A program made the translations under genes and the position numbers. 64,000 bases of DNA from Mytilus californianus (lineage: Eukaryota), in assembly GCF_021869535.1 (NCBI RefSeq), contig NW_026262581.1, forward strand, positions 121,086,001 through 121,150,000. The letters are read 5' to 3'. Of this stretch, positions 12,099 through 24,300 are shown piece by piece. Each line of letters begins with the position of its first letter. Within the stretch, counting starts at the first letter, position 1. The notes under the pieces are model-generated. The model did no database searches and was not told the DNA's origin. It worked only from the letters and a program-made list of their open reading frames with translations.

Positions 12099-12341
12099 AC
12101 CCAGGTGAAAAAACTGTCAAAATAGGTGCAATTTGGGTACCGTCATGTTATATTTCTGTCGACCCCACAGGCACTTGTCTCTGGATTTTTTTATACATAT
12201 AATTTAACATTAAAGTATAAAGGTTTTTTTCAGAGACAAGTGCATGTGGTCGGTCCACACTATGCGTGTTCAAATCATTGCGGTCAATTGTACTTTTACG
12301 GAAAAAACTGCTGAAATTATGTCCCTTTATTACTTTCTAAG

Positions 12342-12360
12342 CCAATCGGTGTTTTCCATG
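12342..12360 (+). promoter_or_regulatory. ERSE-like element CCAAT-N9-CCATG upstream of PRKCSH
   Basis: CCAATCGGTGTTTTCCATG, one mismatch to CCAAT-N9-CCACG, ending 26 nt before the ATG of an ER folding factor. Confidence 0.4.
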
Positions 12361-12386
12361 TCGGCAACGTGAACTGATGATAGATA

Positions 12387-15300
12387 ATGAAAATGAGAAC
12401 ACAGCACACATTTTTCATTATATTGGCACAGTTATTTTGTTCCAGTATCATAAATGCAACTATTGGTAGACCAAGGGGTGTCTCTATTTCAAGTGAGAAT
12501 CCACTGACTGTTTCTCAATTTCTTATTTTCCAAAAAAGGGGGGATGATCACTGTTTGTACAAAACACCTAAACGATCTAGCTGATTTTGCTTCAGTGATA
12601 TGTATACTGCCTTACACATCCATACTGGGCTAGTACCATTTACCGTCTGAAATTTACAGAAGCTATGTTTAGCACCATAGACTTAATAATAAATCCTCCT
12701 GAATTTGTGTCAAATGTTTGCCACTGGACATTAAGCAAAAAAAAAACCATCAATCAATTATCAATCATTTAAATCATCCATGCAAGAGAAAACTGGCAAC
12801 CAATGTGGCAATTTTTGTTTGATTTTTAGTGGGTATAATGAATAAATTAATAATGATCAGTTAGTGTCACAGGCACTTGTCACTGTAAAAAAGTATACCG
12901 ACATATATATAATGGTACCCAAATCGCACATATTTTGACAATTTTTTCACCTCCATTTATTATTAAAGAAACAGACAAAGATTTCCATTCTGTGTTTACT
13001 TTGTATATGTATCCATAAAAAGTATATAGTTAAACAAATTTGAATTTGAATCCATACAGGGACTTTCTATACTATAGTCCCTGATCCATACTAAATCGAA
13101 GAAAAGTGGGTTTGAAAATTATATATAATAACCCAATATTCCAACATTAAAGCAATCATGATAGTAAAATACTTCACACAAGTTGAGGTCATTGATATTA
13201 ACCAATATATCTGGTTGACTACAGTTTAGTTCATGTTACTCGCCTTTAGCAAACAATGAAAAGAATTTATTCAGAAATATATGTACATGTTTACTGCGAC
13301 GTCCATTTTTTCTGAACTTGTATACATTATTGTTTAGGGGCCTGCTGAAGCCCGCCTCCGGGTGTGGGATTTTCTCGCTGTGTTGAAGACCCATTGGTGG
13401 CCTTGTCTATTTTCAGCTCTTTGGTCGGGTTGTTGTCTCTGACACATTCCCTGTTTCCATTCTCAATTTTATTTATATGCTATTATAATTTCTTAGTCAG
13501 GATATGAATTATTATTTTTCAGTGGCTTCTTTGTATCAGCCAGCAGAAGATGGTACCTTTACCTGTCTAGATGGTTCATCCAAAATTCCGTATGAGTATG
13601 TTAACGATGATTACTGTGATTGTAATGATGGAACAGATGAACCAGGTATGATTGATTGATAATAATCATTTACTGTGTATTATTTGTGGGATACCAATTG
13701 TCATGGGTATAGATGAACCATGAGTTTAAACATTTAATCTAATTATGACATAAGACGTACAGCTTTATTAAAAGTCGTTATATACAATACAATTACAAAC
13801 ATAAGCTCTGAAGAGCTTTTAAAACCGACAAAACAAAAGCAGAACAAACAAAACCTACATATCAAGTCATGCACACATACAATTAAACATAGTAAGCAAG
13901 AGTTCACCATTTTTTCCCCTTAATCTACGAAAATTAGTACCGATAAATAAATAAATCCACAGTACCTATAGTAGGTACATTTACTTGTTTTTAGTAGGTA
14001 CATTTACTTGTTTTAAGTAGGTACATTTACTTGTTTTTATTCTTTTACAGGTACTTCTGCTTGCCCTAATGGTAAATTCCATTGTACCAATGCTGGATAT
14101 GTCCCATCAAATATCTTATCATCTAGAGTAAATGATGGAGTTTGTGGTGAGTTATCATAACATGACTTAAGAAAGTTTGTGAAAAATCACAATAATACAT
14201 TGTTACTTTTGTGTCATAAATAAAAATAAGCCATCTATTTTTCTAACTGATTGTTGTTTTTGATGATGTTTGACTTTACTACAAAATCATAATTTTGTGC
14301 ATGACCCATGAATGAGACAACAACCTAGAGACACAACCAAAAGACATCTACAGGTCATTGTCAAATCAACAGAATTAATCAGACATGATTTGACTGAATT
14401 ACTTATTTTCCATACTAAGTGGGCAGTGGTGGTCCAAAACAAAATTTTAACAATACACATTCTGTATAAATATTCCTTTTGGGCAATAGAGAGTTGAGAT
14501 TTCTGAAGGAGCAAAAACTTATGCATATGAATGAAGTAAATAAAATTAAGTACAAATACTGATAATATAAAAAAAGTTTAGGTTTATAGATGAAAAGACA
14601 AATTTTAAGAAATATAGAGAGAATTTCACCAAACATTTTGCCAAAGGGCCATTTTTGATTCCCAAATAGTTCCTCCTTAAATATTTTTGAATTTCATTTT
14701 TTTCAATTATGAATTGTTCTCTTTCTATATCAAAAACTATTATTATCAAATTAAATACTTATGCAGTAAGTCAAGGACATAAATGCAGAATTTTGGAATT
14801 TATTTAATCCTGACTTTCAAGTCAAACATGTTTTCCAATGTATATATCATTTCTCTGAATTACAGATTGTTGTGATGGTACAGATGAAGATGCTGGCAGA
14901 ATTGAATGTGTCAATAACTGCAAGTAAGTAGAAAAGGATTTTTTTCAAATGACATTTTAAAAGTATAAATCTTGGTTCATTCACACAATACAAGTCTACA
15001 AGTATGTGTTTTCATACAAAAATCACCTATGTTGTAAACTTCCCGGAGAGAACACATGCTTATGCAGCTTTTCTAATCTTCTTCTATATTTTATTTGTAC
15101 CTATATTTTATGAAATATTGAATAATAGTTGACAGTGTAAAATTATTACTGGGAGTTCATTAACTTTTGAATAATTCATTTATTGCCAAAGTTGAGGCAT
15201 ATAATTGTGTTGACTCTTGCTAGTTAAAATATCTACATTTTCTGAAAATGAGAAAAAAAAGTTTTAAAGAACACTCAAGAAATTATTAAAAACATTTAAA

Positions 15301-18300
15301 ATCAGTAAACATTTTGAGAAATAGGTTGCAAGGTTTTCTGCTCTCAAGCTATACATAAAAAGAATGATGATAATAATTGGTAAATCATTTTGATTGATTA
15401 ACACAGCATTCTTGAAAATGTTATAAAGAAGCAGGACTTCCAAAACGGTTGTATTTTCCGGAAATAACCGATAAATTATAAATATGACTTCTTGTGCCAA
15501 ACATGAAATGGACATTTAACATGGGTTAGCCATTTTAACACAATTCAGAAAAAATTGAAGTTTTTGTGATCTTTTTGACCTGACCTTTAGCCTTAAACAG
15601 TCACATTTCCGGTCATAAAAGTGACATGGTGAATAAGTACTATCAAAACAAACCCTACTTTAATACCCTCTCATTAAAATCAAGGTTAATAAGTTGTCAG
15701 ACAGTTGAAATTTACCTGTTCATGTGACAGGTAAACTGATATGTACCGGACATTGATCGGTAAATTTCAGCGGTTTGCATTTTATTAATTTAATCAAAAA
15801 GATTTAAATTATCAAAAATACGCATATAAATATGATTTGATGAAAATTTTAAAAGGTAGATATAAAGGTTTTAAGCCAAAAAATCGTCAGGTCCACGTTG
15901 TTTGAACAAAGAACACGCATGCGCATGTGTGCAGTTGTGAGATTTAATTATGCATCCGAATTCTTCATAAATGCTAAAATTATCATTGATACCTTTATCT
16001 AACATTCATTTCAAGTATTTTCTTGAAGAAATAACGTTGGAAAGAGTTACTTAAACTCGATTGTGCTTTGAAAACGAACACAGATTTTTTGTATCCACTT
16101 AAACTCGATTGTGCTTTGAAAACGAACACAGATTTTTTGTATCCGTCTCTGGTCCGTGTTTTACCATTGTCAAGTCAACATCTGGAATAAGAAAATGTAC
16201 CTTCAAAAACGAAAGTAAAGATTTAGACAACGTAATTTTGCACAAATAAAGATTCTAAGGCAGATATTAGTATGCTAATGTTGCACACTTCGAATGATGC
16301 ACTGTCAATTTAAAAAAATGTCCGGCTGGCACAAATATTTTTTGGAAGCCCTGTAAAGAAGGCTATAATTCACATGAACCTAAATGATAATGTTAACATT
16401 TGAAAAGAATACTAGCTTAATTATGCCACATATTTGGTTACAGGGACCTTGGAAAGAAATTGAGAGAAGAACAGGATAGAACCAGAAAACTTCAACAGGA
16501 AGGGTTCGAGAAACAGAAAACTTTCTCTGAAGAAGGCAAGCGTGTTCATGAGGAGAAGATTGTAAGCTTTTTTAAAAAATATTTGTTTAGTCTGTCAGTA
16601 AGGATCAGACTAGAAAAGCTTTTGTTTTGTTTTTTATTGTCACAATGAGGTCCCTTAGATTGAAGCATTCATTTCGCGCTCTGGGGATGCATTTAAGGGG
16701 CAAGAGAATAAAACTTTGTTATACATTGTATACACATTTTAGTATTATTCTTTATAACGTCATAGTACCCAAATTGCACCTAAATTGCACCTATTCAGCA
16801 AAAATAGCAGTGGAAATCTTTTTTAAGTTTTCTTTGAGATTAAACAATTTGTATTTTTATGATTTGACATTATACACGTCTTTCAACATAGGTAAATATA
16901 TTTAAATATACACAAAACGTTCACAGTACATATCAACAGATGAAGTATTCACTGGAATCAGTAAATTCTACAGAAAAGTCGCCATGCAACGTCCACAAAA
17001 AGTCATCTTTTAAAAATGAGCAAATAAAATATGTTACAAACATCCATTTCTTAAAAAATGAATACTAAGCATGGACTAATGTCAAATTGTTCTAAATATT
17101 TGAAGAAATAAAACAAACATCTGTTACTCAATTTTTAAGGATGTGAATTTAAGCTTTGATGCAATTTGGGTACTCCTCATTACAGAATCATGGATCATTT
17201 GGAGGTTGGTTCAAACCCATTTTTCTATGATTCAATTTGGATTCAAAATTGAATTGGTGTAACTATGTAGAAAAAAAAGATACATCTACAAAATAAACAC
17301 AGAATGGAAACTTTTGTCTGGGTCATGAATAAACTTAGGTGAAAAAACTGCAAAATAGGTGCAATTTGGGTACAGTCACGTTATATTCCATCAATGTTTT
17401 TATGTCCCCGCCGTAGTGGAGGGGGCATTAAGTTTTAGCCTTGTCCGTCCGTCTGTACGTACGTCCCAAAGTTGGTTTCCGTTCTCTAACTTTAGTTTGC
17501 CTCAACCAAATGTAATGAAACTTATACATATGCTTATTACCACAAAACACAGATCAAGTTTGAATTTTGGTGGCGTCACTTTAACCGTTCTAGAGTTATG
17601 CCCCTTTACAAATGGGAAAATTGCTGAATTTTTTATTTCCGTTCTCTAACTTAAGTTTGCCTCAACCAAATGTTATGAAACTTATACACAATTTTTTTTA
17701 CCACAAAACTCAGATCTAGTACAAATTTGGGTAGTGTCACTTTTACTGTTCTTCAGTTATGTCGCTTTATAACTTTATATGATATGCAAGCGGGGGCATC
17801 ATCTGTGTCCCATGGACACATTCCCCATTTATTTTCTTTCTAATTTCAGAGTAGACAAGCAGAACTTGAAAAAGAAAGAGAAACTTTAGAAGTTACAGTT
17901 AAAGAATTAGAAAGCAAGTATTGTCATACACTTCTCATTCAAAGGATTTATTTGTATTTGAGCTTACTATTATTTAAAAGAGGTTGTTGCAGATCGAAAT
18001 TTGTAGGCATGTTAACTGGAAATACAAGTACTGGCATTTGTGATGAATCCAATAAGTCTTATTCATAGAAGGGAAATTTGTCTCAGTTCAAAATTCTATT
18101 TGGATATAATATATGGGGAAATGTATTGGTTAATATATTTTTTGATATTATGCTTTTATGAAAAAAAGAAAACTTTTATAAATATGATTTATATTGATAG
18201 TAATTCTTATGAAAATTGTATATAATGTTTTGGAAAAATTGAAGTAAATTATTTATATTGGCAATAATGAGGATACAAATTGATTTTACAGCTGCCAAAT

Positions 18301-21300
18301 TAGAAGCTGAAAGTCCAGAAACAGAAGCTAAAGACAAACACCAAAAAGCTTGGGATGGTTAGTAATTAAGTTTATGAAGTAGATACATAAATAAATGAGA
18401 ATATGTCAATGAGACAGCAACCCAAGAAGCTTAAACAAGAAAATATCTATAGGCCATGAAAAGGTTTTCAACAATAGATATAAAGTTTCTGTAGCACATG
18501 AAAAGCTCTAATTGCCTGAGTATACCTAGTTGTGAACATAATGTAAAAGAAGTATTGAAAAACCTTAAGTAGAGAAGGAAATCCCACAAAAAACTAATTG
18601 TGTACATAAAGTAAAAGAAGTCTTAAAAAAACTAGAGTAGAGTTGGAAATCACACAAAAACTTAAATTCAGTAGGGAAAGTGTAGAATGGTATATATCTT
18701 GATGACACATGAACCAGGTCTGATTAATCATGATGGGTGCTAATTTGGTAGGAATAACGATGAATTATCTTTTTGAGCAAATGTCCTAATAATTTCTATT
18801 ATTAATTATGTAAATGACTCTTACTCATAAGTAAGAAAACAGAAACCATACTTACTTTGTAATGTTTATGAGAGGTTACATAAACGAGCAGATTCTTTTT
18901 AGATTGAGAAAAATACTGATTGTTTCAAACAGTGCCATTTGCATATATATTGATACTTTACAATTTCAATTTCTGGAGAGAGAAAAATATTTGAATTATA
19001 GAATTGAAAGCTGAAAGACAAGCAAAGAAAGAAGTTGAAGCAGCCTCAGTGGCTTTTAAAGAATTAGACACTAATGGTGATAACAGGTTAGTCTACATGT
19101 CTAGTGGAGATACATATTCAAACTGTTCAATCTTAGCATTAAGATTTCACATATATTAATACCACCAGTGATTCCATGTATTGGTTATAAAAATGAATAA
19201 AATGGTCTGAAACAATAAAAGCTCTAATGCTAAATTTGTTATTGCCTTTTGATTTCTTACAGGGGAGGGGATTAACAAGGATTGGTTTATGCGAGTTTTT
19301 TTATTTTTATTATTGACTTGTTGAAAGTCATAACCTGTAGTGATTTTGTTGTTTTCATTACAACATAAAGTTAAAAAGATGTGGTATGATTGCCAATGAG
19401 ACAACTCTCCACTTAGAGACCAAATGACATAGAAGTTAACAACTATAGGTCACCATATGGCCTTCAACAATGAGTAAAACCCAAACCACATAGTAAGCTT
19501 TAAAAGGCCAAAAAATGGCAAATGTAAAACAATTCAAACGTGAAAACTATAAGCCTGATTTATGTACAAAACAATAAATGAAAAGCAAATTTGATATACA
19601 GCAACAAACGACTTTGAATTACAGTCTCCTGACTTTGGGACAGGCACATGCAAAATATGGCGAGGTTAAAATGTCCTCTAACCTGGGACAGTGGTGTAAC
19701 AGTACAACATCAGAACAAACTATACAAGTTAGTCGAAAAGGGCATAACTCATCAGATCTATACAAAGCACACAAGAAACCCTAAAAAAAACACAAAAGAC
19801 ACAAAGTTCAGATCTGGGAGTACTCACAGTTACTGAAAGCTAGTTCAAAGCCAATAACAACTAATAAAAAATCATGTGTCTTAAGACTAAAATATCAATC
19901 AGTACACATCCAATGCATTTAGTGTGCAGACATCATTAACAGTTGGAGAAAAACATGACCTTGATGTTGACTTCCTTGAAATCATTGACCACATTGACTT
20001 TGTTGTTTTTATTACAGTATTGAATTGCTGGAAATCATAGCCCACATTGAGTTTGATATAGATTCTAATGGTGTTGTGTCTGAAGAAGAGGCAAAGGTAT
20101 GCAAACTTATAGTGAAAGCGTAATGATTGTTTTTCTGTGATTAAATTTCTGTTTGTAAAGGGTTCATTTTGAACAGATATAACAGTTAAAATTTTGATTG
20201 ATCATCATGTTTTTTTTAGAATATGCAAAATGATGTGCATTGTTTAATCAATTCTGTTTTTTTTTTTTTACAACTTGCGAGTTTTTTTGTTTTTTTTTGG
20301 AGGGGGGGGGGGTCTAAATACAAAACATTTATAACCTATTTACAAGAAAGCTGGTGACACATTTCAACCAGGAATGAAACTAAGTTCCTTTATGAAGACC
20401 AGAAGGAATACTGTAAAAAATGTCTATTTGTTTGCAACTTTAAAAACAACATGAGACACAATTAATATAGGGTTACATTATAAACTGATAATTGAATCAA
20501 TAGTTTTGATTATTTGCAAACTTTCAGTATTTTTTACTATTTGCAAATGCTCTTAATATTCTATATATATATATTATAGGAACATTTAGAGGATAAGGAA
20601 AGAGTTGATTATGACACATTTGTCAAAGATATTTGGCCTCATGTAAAGGACATTTATAAGAAACCATCAACAGAGGAACCTCCACCAGAGGTAGATCCAT
20701 CAACTGAGGCCAGAGGTGAGGAGGCTCAAACAGAACAGGTAAGATACGTATCATTTATAGAAGGTGGTGATAGCTATATAAAATCCACATGTTTGAACCT
20801 CATTCATAAAGAACTTCCATCTATAGTTATACTAGATCAATAATTTTGTAGAAAATTTTATTTTACTGTGCTATTTCACTGAAGTGTTTTTTAGTTTGAA
20901 GGTAATATAGAGTTGGCAAATTCAGTCTTTTTTAAAAAATACTATACATTCACAACACTTCTTTAGTTTTATAAACATTTAAATGGGATTTGTTTTACTC
21001 TCAGTAGAGATTTACAGAAAAAAACAATTCAGTGTTAGCACATATTTTTATTATCCATGTTCATTATAATCAAGTTTTCTGGGTTTTTTTAGTTCTTGTT
21101 CTATGATTATATATACCATGTAATGGTCAGGCTCTCTCATATACATGAATTTAAAAAGTCACCCAATTATATTGTGGTTTTCCTTATTCACTTTAACTTG
21201 GTAAAAAATAAGAGAAAAACAAAGCTTACATATACATGTTTGTGTTGTTATGATATTGCTTTTCAAATTCACCACGATTTTCAAGTTGACTCCTATTTTA

Positions 21301-24300
21301 AAAAAAATGTTGGGTCGGTTTTTTTTTTATAGTGGTTACCCAAAAGTTACTTTCTTCCCAAGGTCATTAGCAACTAAAAACCATTTATTTGATATTATCT
21401 GATTTTTGTCTTTTCAGTTAATCTGTAGGTTGAAAAAGAAACTGAAATTGATCAGCTTTACAAATAAACATAGAATGAATTAATCATGCACAACTTTTTT
21501 TTGGTGTTACAAGTAAAAATAAAGAAGCAAAAACCTTCCCTTTTATATAGTTCATTCATAGTACATTTTCTTCATAATATCATACATACAATAGTATTAG
21601 TTCAGCTTCAGTTTTTGGTAAAAGGTTTATACACATCCTGTATTAATATATTATAGAACATAGAAATCTTGTATACTTTTATTAGTTATGTTACGTCTGT
21701 TCAGACAAACAACATCGTCATCATCTTCTACACCTTTTTAGACAGTATTAAATCAGTTGTTTCCCTTTCAACAGATTTTTTTTTCAAATTGATATTTATC
21801 TTTCAAAAATTTTAATCTGCATGTGTTTAACAGTTTTAAGATGTAATGTACATGCCTTTTTATTTGATGTTCATTTTGTTTTGTTATACCTTAATCTTAA
21901 AAAACCTTTTAAGGCAAATTTCTGGAACCAATTTAGACAAATGATTTAAACAAAATTACTTTCAATAATTAATATGTTGAAAAATCAGACACATTTTAAT
22001 AAAATATCTTACATTTTTGGAAAATATAATTTATAGTATAACCTTAAAAAGTAAATGGTTAATGATTGACTACTATAGTCTGCATTTTATTTGGCTGGAT
22101 TTATGGAATCATTAATTTGTTGGAAGGTCATAATGAAGTGGAAATTAACTGGATCATTAGTAAAGGACTAATTTTGTTTGACCTGGAAGACAGAGATGCA
22201 ACTAATCGTCAGACCTGTCGGCCCGAGGGGGCAGAAATTGAGCAGGTCCGGCAAATTGGGCTTTTGTGCAAGACCTAATGACCGGCAGACAGTTCTCTAG
22301 GATTTTAGTAAGATTTAGCATTTTTGGTGCTAACTTATTAGTGGGGAATTGAAATTTGCCTTGTTGAAAATTTATTAATTAAAGTTAGTTAGTATGTTTG
22401 CTGTAGATCACATGATTCAAACATCAATGCTTTGTAGGTCAACTTTCGCGGTAAACAATTGGGATACATGAGATTGGGGAGAGAAACAGCAGTTTTCATT
22501 CTTTCTGTAACTGTAACTGTATTGCGAATCTTCTTCCAATAAAGGAGCACCTCAATTGATGAGTAATTATCCACCAAAATAAAAGTTAATGTATCTGAAC
22601 ACTTAAAATGTGACATTTATTATATAAAAAGTAGTCTTCCATTAAAACAAAATTTTGTGTACCAACATAATGGTAAAAAAATTATAAAATTTTCAAATGT
22701 TGCTTTTTGAAGTTTAAACATATTTATTCATGCAATTTACAAATATATCAAAATATACAAGGATAACAAAAAGTAAGATCTGGAAACAAGCTGCACACAG
22801 CTTATATCAATCTGATTGATTTTTTGTAAGTACATGTATTCATGTGATGAGAGTTGTAACTGGGAACTTTAAAGAGGGAAATTTAATACTGAATTGACTT
22901 TTCAGTCCTCACTTTCCTGAGAAAGTTGTAATCAATTAAAAATCTTAGAGAACTGTCAAAAAAATGGAGAATGGCCCTAGCCTGCAGTTCAGTGGTACAC
23001 AATAAAAAAAATTAAAAATATATTGTAGTAATTATTAAATAAAAGAACTCAATTGAATTTTAGATATTTTCTAAAAACAATCCACTAAAGCAGCTGTCAC
23101 TGTAAAGACATCCTATCTTCGTTCTCTTACTGTATAAAAAGCTGATATAAAAATATGTAGGTCTGTCAAAAAATTGTTGGGTCTGACAAAACTTGCTACC
23201 CTGTAGGCCCCAATGTCTGACAGAAAAAAAAACTGTTTGCATCTCTGGGAAGAAAATTGAAAAAGGTCTTTGGTCAAACAAGATACTCATTTACCTAATC
23301 TCCAGTCAGTAACTATGTAATCGGTGTATGAAACAATTATTTATGAACATAAATTAAAACAGATAGAGCCTCCTGCCCCTGGGGAACCACCATCCCCCCC
23401 AGATGAGGTGGAAGAGGAGGGGGAATATGATGATGATGAGGATGAAGATGATGACAATGATGTAGATGAACCAGATGTCAATGATGTGAGTCTTCTTTCA
23501 CTTTCAGTTTAGTACACACATGTGTAGCTGAAATGGAAATGCTTACTAACTCTGGGAAAGGCTACTAATATTTTTATATTCATACATTTTATTGACATTT
23601 ATTTGCATACTTTTTTAATTGAGGTTTTAGATGGGAGCATATAACATACACATTTTGGTTCAGGTTTACAGGTACTGATTTAAGATAATACATGAATAGT
23701 CCAGGTTGATATCACTTTTTGAATATTATAGTACAGTTCTAGCATGTTTTGTTGATTAAAAGGTTAACAATACTTCAACTTTAAACACAAATGGTAAAAA
23801 GGACATTTAAAGTTGCAGTGCTATTTTAGAGTTAAAATGTTTGTGAAATGGAACTGAAAATGAAAGTGCAGTAGAATTTGCTATAAAGATGATAAAGTTG
23901 TAGTTCAGGAATATCAGTACAATGTATTATAAAATATAACTTACACATTGCCTTTTGATTCTGGTACAGCATCTATGTAAAAGTATAACATTCAAAGATA
24001 ATGTTCCATATGTAACATAAGATTTGTGTACAATAGCAAACAGTACCAACTGTTCCCATTACTGGTGTTCCTACCCCAGGCAGAATGGCAGGGGAACCAG
24101 AATTGATTATTGATAAGCCTAGCGAGGAGGTATAATGGTGTCAGATAGATAGAAACTCCTGCCTGCTCCTAGATTTGTGTTATGACTTAGAGCATCAATC
24201 AGTGTAGCATAGACTGTCAACTTTTGATCTTTTTGTAATTTGGTATGAAGGAAATAACTCTAACTTCTATGACCTAAATTTTTTATGGAAATGTTTTCCA

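Larger units (their letters stand above)
11778..12160 (+). repeat. Dispersed repeat paralogous to 17161-17395, carrying three extra insertions
   Basis: Aligned by eye: CAATTTGGGTACTC...GGAGGTTGGTTCAAACCCAT...CTACAAAATAAACACAGAATGGAAA...GGTGAAAAAACTG...GTGCAATTTGGGTAC. Confidence 0.8.

Noticed and set aside
22180-22300. GC-richer patch as another PRKCSH cassette exon
   Set aside because: Poor splice sites; resembles a transposon fragment like 23150-23290.
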